Positions 14,274 through 26,671 are shown, counted from the stretch's first letter. The stretch: 64,000 nt of DNA from Eledone cirrhosa (GCA_964016885.1 OZ024741.1:220038001-220102000); one strand, 5' to 3'. Program-made: numbers and translations. Notes: a model not told the origin generated them from the letters alone.

Positions 14274-16452
14274 ATGGAATTCTTAACCTTGCCGACATCC
14301 CTCAAGGATATACCTATACCATCTAATGAGGAATACATGAGGAAACTTATTGAACAAACAAACTCTTTTATAAGAAGAGTGAGATGGCGAGCATTTCATT
14401 TCGATAATAAAGAAGCTACAAGAAAAACCAACAGCAATTATTTCGAAACTATATTTAAATCCAGAAAGAATCCTCCATACAACAAACTCCTGGAGGATTT
14501 TGAAACTGAAATGCTTAGTATACTTAAGAAAATTAAATTCAGGAAAAACCCATATATAGGTCACCAATACCTTAGAATTTAAAAGAAAAAATCTCGGAAA
14601 TAAAAAAAGTTAATAAAATATTGGTAAAATCGGACAAAAATAATTTATATGGGATAAATAAAGAAGAATATAATGATTTGATTTTAAAAGAAGTAAGGAA
14701 AAATTATAAAAAAAGCCCCGGCTGAAGATCGTACAGACATCAATAATGATGCATATAAATTAATTGCAAAGTTAGGAATTGAAGGAAGAACCGATCCTCT
14801 TATACCTAGACAGCCGAGGATCAATTTTAAAGATCACAAAAGAAAATTCGAGGAAGACCTGCCAGTTAGACTGATTGCTACATCTAAATCGGATATTGCA
14901 GTAATCAGTAAAAATATTATTGATAGAATTCTACCTATTTTGAAATTGAGGTCTAAATTGAGCTTGTGGAAGGATACAAATGAAGTGATTGAATGGTATA
15001 AAAATATAGATGATAAGAAAAACCATAAATTCATCCAGATGGACATAAACTATTACTCTTCCATTACGCCTAACCTACTAAATAAGGCCTTATTATACGC
15101 TTACAAACATACAGATCTAACTACGGATGAAATTGATATCATATTAACTGCTAGAAGAACTCTAATTAACTTCAACAATGAGTATTGGACCCGCTCAGAT
15201 AGAAATAGAAACTTCGACATTACCATGGCATCATCTGACTCAGCGCAAGTCACGGATCTTCTGGGGATTTTCATCTTAAATATGATAAATAGAAAACGGT
15301 TTATATAGGGACGATATTTTATTTACGGTTGTTAAACACAACAATACAGAACTAAATAGGGTAAAGAAAAATATAATTGAATTCTTTAAAAATTACGACC
15401 TTAAACTAGAGGTAGAAAGTGGTACCAAAATAGTTAATTTCCTTGATGTTACCCTTAACTTAAACTCTGGTTTTTATTACCCTTTCCATAAGCCCAATGA
15501 AAACTTAAATTACGTTAGTTATTACTCTAATCACCCTAAATCTGTGAAAACGCAATTGTAAATAGTGTACAGAAACGCATAACTAGAATATCTGCCAATA
15601 AATCAATATTTGATGAAAAGGCAGGATATTACAAGGCAGGTTATAAAAATATTATAGAATATATAGACAATAATAATCCGAGTTTAATCCTGATAAAAAT
15701 AATGGCATATATAAACGAAATTCTAAAAATTCTAATAATTATAATTCAAACACTTGTACTGTGAATAAATCGGGGAAAAGAACCAGAACTAAATCAGTTA
15801 TATGGTCCCCCCCTGCTTCTGTAGCAGTAAGAACACCAATAGCTAATCTATTTTTTAAAGCTTTAGATAGTTCCTTCCCTAGTCAACATAAATACCACTC
15901 CATATTTAATAGACACACAATTAAACTGTCTTATTCTACAACTATGAATATGGCCCAAAACATCGCTAAACTAAATAGTATAATTCTAAACCAAAATCAA
16001 CATAATGCTATTAATAATAGTGTTAATATAAATAATAATAAATCGAAATGTAATTGTAGAAATAAACCAGATTGCCCTCTGCAAAATAAATCTGGTGTAT
16101 AAATGCACCGTAAAAATAAATAACAACACATACAACTACATAGGAGCAACTTCTTCGACATTTAAATCGAGATTTGCGAATCACAAATTTTAATAGAAAG
16201 TCTTCGACTTCTTTATCACAACTTATAGACAAAAATGTTAAATACTCGATCTTTTGGACGAAGCTTTGTAATAGTAAAATATATACGAACTCGTCTATAT
16301 CAACTAACTGCAACCTCTGCACAAAGGAGACCCTGTTAATAATTAATAATTATGAAAACTTAATTAACAAAAAAAGTGAATTATTCTCAATCTGCCTTCA
16401 TAAAGCTTTGTCTACATTCCAAGCCTCGCAAAAAGTCAGGAAAAAACACTAA
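14274..16452 (+). pseudogene. Naiad-type PLE polyprotein (RT + GIY-YIG), multiple frameshifts
   Basis: SLKDIPIPS..FIRRVRWRAF; LWKDTNEVIEWY..FIQMDI; FDITMASSDSAQ; LYRDD at ~15301; CNCRNKPDCPL; YIGAT; CNLCTKE..LINKKSE. Confidence 0.9.
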
Positions 16453-17542
16453 ACAATCAGGCCTTAATTTTTGACGTCTCTTATCAACTGTTGGGGTAAA
16501 AAGTCATAACGGTTTATAAAATGTTAATAATGCTTTATCTTCTAATCATTTATGATAGAATTAATATTAGAATGAAGGATACTCTTTTGATAACTTGTTT
16601 ACTTGATAAATATGCATACGTTATGATTTTTTTTAGATATTTATAATTTTGATTCAGATCTTTATTTATCTGTCTCTGTTTTAAATAAATAATTTGGATA
16701 TTTAACTTGTAAATTTACCGATTATAATTGAACTGTAGATCATTCATGCGTTTGCATATTTTACATATTTTACTCATTTTGGGTATGTTTTGGGGATTCA
16801 GAAAGTAAGATTTGCATTTATTTATGTTTTATATATATCTAGGTATAAATATAACAAACCATAATAGTCGACAAATATTGGTCTCTCTCTCCACTAAACT
16901 GGAAGTAAAACTACAATTATAGCATTACTAATAATGATTATAATTATTTATTTATTAAATGTATACCGTTTCATTAATACCTACAATAATATCTCTATAT
17001 AGTTGTACAAATATCTTTATCTAGTGTAATAACATACTCGTAGTTACATTTATAAATAATTTAGATACTCAAATGACTATATTGTTATAAGTGTTTGATA
17101 TTCCCTGGAAGTTCGAATTTATATAATGATTTTTACTTAATATAATATAATTTAATTTAATTTAATTTATTTTAATTAAATTTAGATTACCTTCGGCTTT
17201 TTCAAATATTTAGCACCTCTTTCTATCACATTCGCTAAAATATTTTAGACGTATCCTTTATCTACTATATTAAAACCCTATTACATTTATAATATTTTTT
17301 TTAATATTGGGCATTTTTAAGTTTCGCAAACAATTCATTATCTTTTATTTTTATATTTATTTATTTAGTATCTAGCCCCTATCATTAGGACTCATGTAGT
17401 TTTTGACTTATATGTTTATATCAACTAAATGAAAATAATTGATATAAAACATTAATATTTTAATAATATTTTTTAACTATATATATTTTTTTAACAATAT
17501 TTTCAGTAACTTATTTACTATATTGTATTATTGTATTATATA

Positions 17543-17712
17543 AGGGCGGTGGATTGGCAGTATCGGTAGAGGGTCGGACGCCATGCTTTGACGTATATGA
17601 GTTCAAATCCCGCCGAGGTTCACTTTGCCATTCATCCTTACGGGGTCGATAAAATAAAGTACCAGTAATGCACTGGGTAATTGCTGGCCTTGTGCCAAAC
17701 GTAGAAACAATT
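17543..17712 (+). mobile_element. tRNA-derived SINE inserted in the Naiad 3' UTR
   Basis: Same family as 4180; flanked by a TTATTGTATTATA duplication. Confidence 0.85.
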
Positions 17713-18559
17713 ATTGTATTATATTATATATATTTGAAAGGTATCACCTTAAAGCTTTAGACATTATAATCCTTGTATATATTTTGATCAACACATATAT
17801 ATAATTAAAAATTCAGACTTCTTTAAGTTTAGTTATAAGGCCGGTCGGTTGATCCTTTAGGCACTCAAACTATTTAACCATAAATTCTTTAATAATTATA
17901 ACTATAATTATTTTATAAATTATATTATATAAACTGTTGTCAATATTATAAATAATTTTGGTAAAGATTACCTACGTGAGGGTATAAAAGCATTATATAT
18001 TTTCTTTCTCGTGTTTCGTAAATCCTTTAAATTTGTTTTCATAAAATGTGAATTTTAGAAATTAAACTTCATAGTATAATTATAATATTAATACAAATAC
18101 CTATTAACTTTTAAAACCTAAAATATTACCCATTACTCTGAAATAACTTAAATTAAATATTTTGAATATTATCGGCCAACTAAATTAATTTGGATATATG
18201 TTGCATATATGGAAAATTGTCTATAAACTTGAATATAAATTACTCCCCTTTGTCTCTCTCTCTCTTTAATCATCTTTTTTCGAGCCACCTACTAAATATA
18301 TTATCACATCAGCTGTTTCTTCCGCTATGCTTTCCTTTCCCTCCTCTTTCTTCAGTAGTTTAAAAAAAAAATTTAACTGTTATATTGATGCCATGTATTT
18401 TTGGGGGCTGTATTACACGCACCCTCTCTATTGTTTGTATTATATGTTTTTCTCATGCTCTCAATATTAGGGTATAAATATTGAGTTTTGTCATATGTTA
18501 ATCACTACCATAACTGAATCTTAACCATCTACTATGTCAGGGTATGTCATGCATCATCT

Positions 18560-18626
18560 TATTTTATCTGATGACGACGTACTGTTGAACTTAACTCAGT
18601 AACTCTGAAATATGTATAATAAAATA
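18560..18626 (+). ncRNA. Minimal type I hammerhead ribozyme in the Naiad pLTR
   Basis: TATTTTAT-CTGATGA-[stem II ..TACTG/CAGTA..]-GAAA-TATGTA-TA-ATAAAATA with an 8-bp stem I; a partial inverted copy lies at ~13759-13820. Confidence 0.75.
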
Positions 18627-18780
18627 TACTTGATCACAAGAATATCTATTTTGTTAATATTTTGAATTAATATTAATAACACTGGAAAACCAAATCCTGT
18701 TGAGTGCTTCCAACCTATTGTAAAACTCATTCTTTGATGTATTCATTGAACCTTGTTTAACTTTTAAATATATATATATA

Positions 18781-19178
18781 TCTCACGGTTAATCATTTGC
18801 TTGTTTCTTTGTCCTGTGTCTTCCCACGATGGGATCTGTTCACCTATTCTTCTCTCCTTTTTTTCCTTTTTCGATTTCTTCCTCTCTCCTCACCACCTTT
18901 CCCCCTTTGTTATTCTTCCTCTTTTGCCTCGTTTTCCTTCCTTTTTCTCTCTCCCTTTCTCTTCTTTTCCTCCTGGCATTTTGATTAAGAAAAGGCCTCG
19001 GGCGCACCCGATCTCTTAAGATGTCCTGTAAATAAACGCCGAAACATCTGGATCGCAGATTTACAGCTGACGAAGGATTATTTCTTCTTTTCTCCTCTTG
19101 TTTCGACCTAACCACCATTCTAAATGTTTTTATTAACCACACAGCTTATTAACCACACAGCTCCTTTCGTTTCGTATC

Positions 19179-19180
<2 letters not shown>
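18781..19180 (+). mobile_element. Non-coding repeat family A (pyrimidine tract + permuted hammerhead)
   Basis: Homologous to 63760-64000 (+) and 63465-63660 (-); (TA)n on both sides; no credible ORF. Confidence 0.8.
19019..19076 (+). ncRNA. Non-circularly permuted hammerhead candidate (family A)
   Basis: AGATG-TC-CTGTAAAT-aaacgcc-GAAA-CATCT-ggatcgcag-ATTTACAG-CTGACGA-agg. Confidence 0.7.
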
Positions 19181-19258
<78 letters not shown>

Positions 19259-19327
19259 AGTGTGTGTGTGTGTATAAATATATATATATATTTAGAAATA
19301 AGAGGAAGGCACGAACGTGAGATATTT

Positions 19328-19389
19328 CCCATCATCAGTTGTCTGCTGGAGATCAAGGACATTTCTACGCATTAAAGGCATATATTGTT
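19328..19389 (-). ncRNA. Decayed permuted hammerhead candidate (family C)
   Basis: aacaatatatgcct-ttaatgcgta-GAAA-tgtccttgatctccagc-agacaa-CTGATGA-tggg; same spacing as families A and B, imperfect stems. Confidence 0.45.
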
Positions 19390-19669
19390 ATATTTTGAGA
19401 AGGTCATGCTGCCATTAAATACGCACACATCTGTTTGTTTTCCCTTCAACTCGCTATTAATTTCAGGTTGGTTTCTTTAATAACCTGATGGTTGTTTATT
19501 TATTGTGGAAGCTCTTTCGTCACACATTCTGTGACCTCCCCAGTGACTCATTTGTTATTTTGTGACCCTCCTCTGTTTCTACACACATTTTCAGATGATA
19601 AATCTTGCAAAACAAATACAAAAACAAAGTTCCAATTTTTATATTGTTGTTGTAAAAAATTGCTATTTT

Positions 19670-19753
<84 letters not shown>

Positions 19754-19756
19754 ATA

Positions 19757-19819
<63 letters not shown>

Positions 19820-19852
19820 ATACTTATATATATATATATATATATTGTTATA

Positions 19853-19887
<35 letters not shown>

Positions 19888-19890
19888 ATA

Positions 19891-19946
<56 letters not shown>

Positions 19947-19949
19947 TAT

Positions 19950-20472
19950 ATATGAATAAATTTATTCCTTCATCAGTGATCTTCCAGCCTTCATTGGTAT
20001 TTCATCGCTTTAAAGACCATATACCTCTGGTTGGTGCGAGCAACGGCTAAAGAAAGTCGTTGGGACACGTAAATAGGGGAAACGAGCGAGAGTGTAAACA
20101 AACAAAGATGGTAAAGCAACGAAAAGTGAGGAAGAAGGAGTCAAGTCCTTGAAATCGATGAACATAAGTTCTGTGAAATCGTAGACGAGAGAGAATAAAG
20201 ACCATCCAACCTGGTCGAAATGTGAGGGAGGAAAGAATTTCGCACAGGTCAAACGGGAGGAAGTGATGGAGAGGGAGTAGCAGAGGGTGAGTGAGTGAAA
20301 GTGTGAGGAAGAGGCTAACAGAGAGAGTGACTGGCAGAGGGGGTAAAAGGAAGTGAGAGATACAGAGAAAGGGGAAGCAGTAAGAAAGAAACAGACGGGT
20401 CACAGCGGAGGAAAATATATATATGAAAAATATGAAAACATGGCGTGCTGCGTGGCTGCAAATGGGTTACAT
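19950..20472 (-). mobile_element. Non-coding repeat family B, monomer 1
   Basis: Homologous along its length to 23436-24004; (TA)n flanks. Confidence 0.8.
19967..20025 (-). ncRNA. Non-circularly permuted hammerhead candidate (family B)
   Basis: GGTA-TA-TGGTCTT-taaagcgat-GAAA-TACC-aatgaaggctgg-AAGATCA-CTGATGA-agg. Confidence 0.7.
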
Positions 20473-20498
20473 ATATATATATATATATATATAGATAT

Positions 20499-20550
<52 letters not shown>

Positions 20551-20588
20551 ATATACACGGTTGTGTATGATTGTGTATAGAAGATTAT

Positions 20589-20854
20589 ATAAGAGGAATT
20601 CCAACTTTGTCTGATTTACTCGTTTTATTTACAATCCTTTAAAATTTATAATGGTATTATAATGAAATAGTATGATAGAATATTAAATTCTAAGTGTTAA
20701 TTGAACAAGTACTTTCATGCTTTCGCAATCTTCAGGTTCATAATATGTGGTGACAGTCGAGTTTGCAATTTTCAACTGTCATTATAATACCATTATAAAT
20801 TTTAAAGGATTGTAAATAAAACGAGTAAATCAGACAAAGTTGGAATTCCTCTTA

Positions 20855-20855
<1 letters not shown>
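20589..20855. mobile_element. Fold-back element with ~78-bp inverted arms
   Basis: 20589-20667 is the near-perfect reverse complement of 20779-20855. Confidence 0.85.
20702..20740 (-). ncRNA. Minimal type I hammerhead ribozyme
   Basis: TGAAC-CTGAAGA-TTGC-GAAA-GCAT-GAAA-GTAC-TT-GTTCA; 5-bp stem I, GNRA-capped stem II, palindromic stem III. Confidence 0.75.
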
Positions 20856-20890
<35 letters not shown>

Positions 20891-21421
20891 TGTGTGTGTG
20901 TGTGTGTGCGTGTGTGTGTGTGTATACATATATATGTATTATGTATGTATGTGTGTATGTATGTATTCATATATATATATATAATTTGCTAGTACAGTGA
21001 AATACCTTTGCTATCCAGTGGGCACGAGATGTGTGTGTGGGCACCACCACTAACATATTTTTACAGAAAATCCTTCATTGTTGGAATCATTTCCTTCTTA
21101 CATTCTAACAGCTTTAAAATCTTTTCTTATACTGCTGCCAGTTTCATTAGTTCTTCTCCTTCACAACTTCGTCATTCTTTCATTCTGGTGACACACCAAT
21201 TCCTTGTCTCTATCCATATTGGTTAAACTAACCTTCTATCATTGAAATTCTTTTACTCGGCTGGTTTTCTATATATTTTTATATCAAGTGTCTTTATTCA
21301 TTTTTCCTTTTTATTCTTGTTTTTATCATCTATTCTGTTGTATTCTGTTGTAATGTACGTATGATGTGAGCATGTGTGTTTATGGAATAGGCATATATAT
21401 TATATGTATGTATATATATAT

Positions 21422-21467
<46 letters not shown>

Positions 21468-21485
21468 GCATATATATATATATAC

Positions 21486-21587
<102 letters not shown>

Positions 21588-21623
21588 TATATACATATAT
21601 ACATATAATATATACATGTACAT

Positions 21624-21659
<36 letters not shown>

Positions 21660-21763
21660 GTGTGTGTGTTGTACGTCTGTCGGGGTAGGAGTTTACGTGT
21701 GTTTCTTGTGTATGTAATATAAATCATATTAAGTAGAAAGAAAAAGGAAGCGAGAAAGAAAGA

Positions 21764-21794
<31 letters not shown>

Positions 21795-22061
21795 CAAGAG
21801 ATGGGGGAAAGAGAGAGAGAGGGGAGAGAGAAGGAGAATGAGGTATATAAAGAAATGGAAGAGTGCGTATGAGAGTGAGAGAGCAATAGAGAAAGTTAAA
21901 AAGCTGGAATTATGTAGAAAATAAGTGCTAGAGAATGATGTATATATATATATATACCAGTGTATATAACGTGTCTATATAATTATCTCTGTATGTATTA
22001 ATTCCCCAGCCCCCACTTCTCTCTCTCTCTCTACCCCTCTTTCTCTTTATATGTATGTATG

Positions 22062-22156
<95 letters not shown>

Positions 22157-22203
22157 ATATATATATGTATGTATATACATATCTATATACATCGATATAC
22201 ATG

Positions 22204-22234
<31 letters not shown>

Positions 22235-22293
22235 GTATGTATATACATGTATATATATGTATGTATATAAATGTTTATGCATATATATACATG

Positions 22294-22339
<46 letters not shown>

Positions 22340-22456
22340 CATATATATATATACACAGCTACCATAAGACATATAGGTGTGAATATATATATATATAAAC
22401 ACACACACACATATAGCTATATATATATACATTTATATATATATATATATATATAT

Positions 22457-22501
<45 letters not shown>

Positions 22502-22582
22502 TGTATATATATTTATACACACACACGCACACACACGCACACACACACACACACACATACACACACACACACACACCACACA

Positions 22583-22650
<68 letters not shown>

Positions 22651-23435
22651 CCTCTCTTTCTCTATCTATGTACCTATCTATCTCCGATTGTAGAACAAAG
22701 TATTGTTGAAACAATACACTACTAATGCTCGAAAACAATGTTTATAATGCCACTATTACAAATAGCTTAACTAAATCGGATAGACAGATTTGCTTAGATA
22801 ACGCATCCCTGGCAGATAGTTCGATTTATCCGATTTCCTTAAGTCTTTAGTAAAAAATAAATATATGTTTATAAGCATTGTCTCTGTGGACAGTTTAAGA
22901 AAATACACAGTCGGTGGCGAAATCACAACACGAGATGGTAACTCCTCCGGTTCAGCTTTCTTCTATTTATAAACCTGTTGTATATAAAGACAAGATGTTT
23001 ACATCTATTTATACATATAGCTTTAGCTAGATTCTATAGATCCATTTCGTATCACGGTAGATAAACGAAACACTCTTATTGACCCTTCTGCCTTTTATCA
23101 ACCTTACACACAGAAGATCCGCATATATATATGTATATAACCGATGACCTTGACCAGCTCTCTTTTTCTGTTAGTATTTTCGATGCTCAAAGAGTGGGAT
23201 TGGTCGAGTGCAAGACCTTTCCCCCACTTAAAGCACAGGCATTGCTTGTTCAGGATCTGTTACAGGTTCGTGTGGCTGGCCGTAGCCTAAAAGTGCACCA
23301 TTTTCTGTAATCTGATAAGCGATTGCAATACTCTTAGCAGAGTTTACAGCCATCATATATATATATATGTCCAGAATTAGTCGTCGAAACGGCTTGAGCT
23401 CTGCCGTCGGGGTCCTGAACCTTTTCCTATATATA

Positions 23436-24004
23436 TGCAACCTTGCAGTATTCTTCTCCCCATATTTTTCATATATTTACCTAAACTGCGATTCTCTGTT
23501 TCTCTCTTTCTCTCTTACTGCTCCCTCGTTCTCTCTGTTTCTCTTACCTTCTTTCGTCCCCTCTGTCAGTTAACACTTTCTCTCGACTGACATCTTCCTC
23601 GCACTTCCACTCACTCACTCTCTGTTTCTCCCCTTCTCACTCCCTCCCCTTCGCTAGGAGTCGGATTTTCCTTCTTTCTCACATCCCATTCACAGTGAAA
23701 GGTCTGTTTGCTAAGCGCTCATGAATTCACCCAGTTTATGCTGATCGAATAACCATGTTGCTTGTTTTTCTTCCCATCTTCGGTTAGCCTTTCCTTCTTG
23801 TTGTTTACTTGTCTCACTCGCTTTACGCATTTCACTTGTCCCAATAACTTATTTTAGTTATTGCTCGCACCAATGTGAGGTATATGATTTTTAATGCGAT
23901 GAAATACCAATGATCGTTGGCAAATCACTGATGAGGGACTAATTTTATAATATGTAATCCACGTGCAACCTTGCAGTATTCTTCTCCCCATATTTTTCAT
24001 ATAT
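23436..24004 (+). mobile_element. Non-coding repeat family B, monomer 2 with ~40-bp terminal redundancy
   Basis: TGCAACCTTGCAGTATTCTTCTCCCCATATTTTTCATATAT at 23436 and 23964 (unit 528 bp). Confidence 0.82.
23879..23937 (+). ncRNA. Non-circularly permuted hammerhead candidate (family B)
   Basis: GGTA-TA-TGATTT-ttaatgcgat-GAAA-TACC-aatgatcgttggc-AAATCA-CTGATGA-ggg. Confidence 0.7.
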
Positions 24005-24265
24005 ATATATATATAGAGAGAGAGAGGGGGGGGCGGGCGGGGGAGATGACAAACCACAACAGAAACACAAACCCTCCATCTCAATTTTTTCTGATATATA
24101 TATTTAATGGTATAGTACTAGGAAAAACAAACGACTAGGCATAAAGTAGAGGTTAGAGGAGAAGAATTTATTAAAATCCATTCTTTATCCGTAAGCAATC
24201 TTCCTTGTTTACTTTGTTTGCACATTGATTGACGCAAATGAATTTTAACCTTACATATCTTCGTG

Positions 24266-24305
<40 letters not shown>

Positions 24306-24373
24306 GTAGCTAAGATGCTTCCATAGGCGGTATGCCGGTGGCGCACTCTATGCTCTTACAGAGCAGAGTATGG

Positions 24374-24693
24374 TATAATATAAAACGAAAAATCAGTGAT
24401 GCTTCTGCAATCATTTTATTGTGTGTTACAATTGTTTCGCCGGCGGACAGCTCGAGATACGATCATTGCATGGATCTTGTCTGACTCTGGATCTGCGGGC
24501 TCGTCGGACACATCAAATGCTTTCACAGAGTGAAAGAATTTGCTCCGAAATCATTTGACGTGTCCGAGGATCGCGCAGGTCCAGAGTCAGACAAGATCCA
24601 TGCAATGATCGTGTCTCGAGCTGTTCGCCGGCGAAACAATTGTGACACACAATAAATTGATTGCAGAAGCATCACTGATTTTTCGTTTTATAT

Positions 24694-24697
<4 letters not shown>
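24374..24697. mobile_element. Inverted pair of PLE-like 3' ends, each with a hammerhead
   Basis: ~145-bp inverted arms. Minus arm 24422-24512: TGTGT-CCGACGA-GCC..GGC-GAAA-CAATTG-TA-ACACA then AATAAA. The plus arm has G at the cleavage position. Confidence 0.8.
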
Positions 24698-24782
<85 letters not shown>

Positions 24783-25389
24783 ATGTGCGTGTGTGCGGTG
24801 TGCGTATGTAAATATACATATATTTATATATATGGAGTTTACTTCTATTGGTTTCCTAACTGTTTAAAATTAACAAATCACAGGCGGCAAATTGGCAAAA
24901 TCGTTAGAATATCGGATACTCGTTTCTTACAAAAATTCTCGGACAGGAAATGATGAAAAAGGGAGAAACAAAAACAGAAAAGGAAACGAAAAAATACCTC
25001 CGAAAATTTTTATTGAAGAATTTTGAAAATGGTGATTAAGTACTTTATTTTATCTTTCAGTGACTTTATTTTGTAATTTCGTAATTTTCGGGAATCATTT
25101 ATTTGGTTATTTTATTGTTTACTCTATTTAAAGGTCGAATAGAATACTTTGTGGTATATATTCCGATTGTCCGTGCTCTCAGTTCAAATCCGACCGAGGG
25201 CAGTTTAATCTATCTTCCTTTCGAGATCGATAATAAAATGTACGAGTCTAGAACTGGGATATATTCTAACGCTATAATTCATTCTCACTTCCTCTCTCTC
25301 TCTCTCTCTCTCTGTTTCTCTCTTTGTTTCCCCCCCCCCACCCCCACCCCACCCACACACACTCTCTCTGGAGTAAATTGACTAAGTTC

Positions 25390-26005
25390 AGACCTGGAAA
25401 TGTGCTGCCCTCCGCCATGTTTAAAATGCTGAAGATACGCTATATGTCACTACTGAGCCCCTACAAATCCATCAAGAGTTACGGGTTACCTGGAAATGTG
25501 ATGGGCTCCATCAGGTTTAAAATTCCTAGACACACTGTATATTACAACGGTGCCTCTATGATTCCATCAAGAGTTACAGGATACGGGCCCAAACGCCTGG
25601 AGATGTGATAGGCTCCACCAGGTTTAAGATGCCCGAGACAGACACTATATAACTGCGACGCCCCTAAGATTCCATCAAGAGTTACGGGTTACGCGTCCAT
25701 ACACCCGCACATGTGAGGGGCCCCGCCAGGTTTAAAATACCCGAGACACTCTATGTAACTATGGCACTCCTACGACTCCACCAAGAGCCATCTCTTAAGG
25801 GTGCATATATGTTGGGCTCTGCCAGATTTGAAATACCCGAGACACACTATGTTACAAGGGTGCTCCTACAACTCCATTAAGGGTTACTGGTTACAGGTGC
25901 ACACACCTGGAGATGTGATAGGCTCTGCCAGGTTTAATATACCCAAGACACACACTATGTAACTGTGACAGCCTTACAATTCCATCAAAATTTACAGCTT
26001 TCGGC
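25390..26005. repeat. Degenerate ~100-bp minisatellite, ~6 units
   Basis: Recurrent CCTGGARATGTG..CCAGGTTTAA..GACACAC..TCCATCAAGAGTTAC; one diverged unit at ~41340-41440. Confidence 0.75.
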
Positions 26006-26465
26006 TCCAAAACATAGAAAGCAAACTCAGTTGAAACGTTTAAAAATGCACCGATTCCGTAATGGTTATATTTTTCTGTTAAGTGAAGTAAGACGGGAGT
26101 AGTTCAGTATCGATTAAGGATAGGAATCGAGGCGTGAACATTTCAAGATATTCTACGATGAATGGTGTTATTCAATGAAGACATTAGATGAGGTTTCTTT
26201 TACATAGTTGTCGACACTTCTATAATATTGCTCGCTAAGTTGGTTATGTGGTTATAAATTGAATTATCATATTAGTCGCAGATACATCTGTATACGTATA
26301 GATAAATGCATGTGCATGTGTGTGCATGTGTGTATATATATATATATATATATACACATATAGGAAAATGTTCAAGACCCCAATGGCAGAACTCAAGCTT
26401 CGTTATATATATACACACACACACACATATATACATACATATACACACATATATATATATATATA

Positions 26466-26667
26466 TAGGACTAAGTAAGACCCCGACGGCTGAGCTCAAG
26501 CCGTTTCGACGGCTAATTCTGTACTAATTGAGTACAGAATTAGCCGTCGAAACGGCTTGAGCTCAGCCGTCGGGGTCTTACTTACTCCTATTACCCACTC
26601 TACTACCCTAAGTATTGAGTACTTTGGTGCGTTATGGTCCACCTGGTTCCTTACCACTTTTCCCTCG

Positions 26668-26671
<4 letters not shown>
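26466..26671. mobile_element. Asymmetric palindromic element, copy 2
   Basis: Arms around a GTACTAATTGAGTAC centre; long arm on the right; (TA)n flanks. Confidence 0.85.

Larger units (their letters stand above)
13716..18775 (+). mobile_element. Near full-length Naiad-type Penelope-like element with 5' inverted pLTR
   Basis: 13716-14100 is an inverted copy of 18276-18669; 14114-14218 is a direct copy of 18672-18775; central RT/GIY-YIG ORF; (TA)n flanks. Confidence 0.92.

Noticed and set aside
16040-16560. Selenocysteine recoding / SECIS, known in some Naiad elements
   Set aside because: The visible conserved Cys codons are TGT or TGC, and I see no convincing SECIS after the stop. A small deletion removes one candidate position, so SECISearch on a consensus would be needed.
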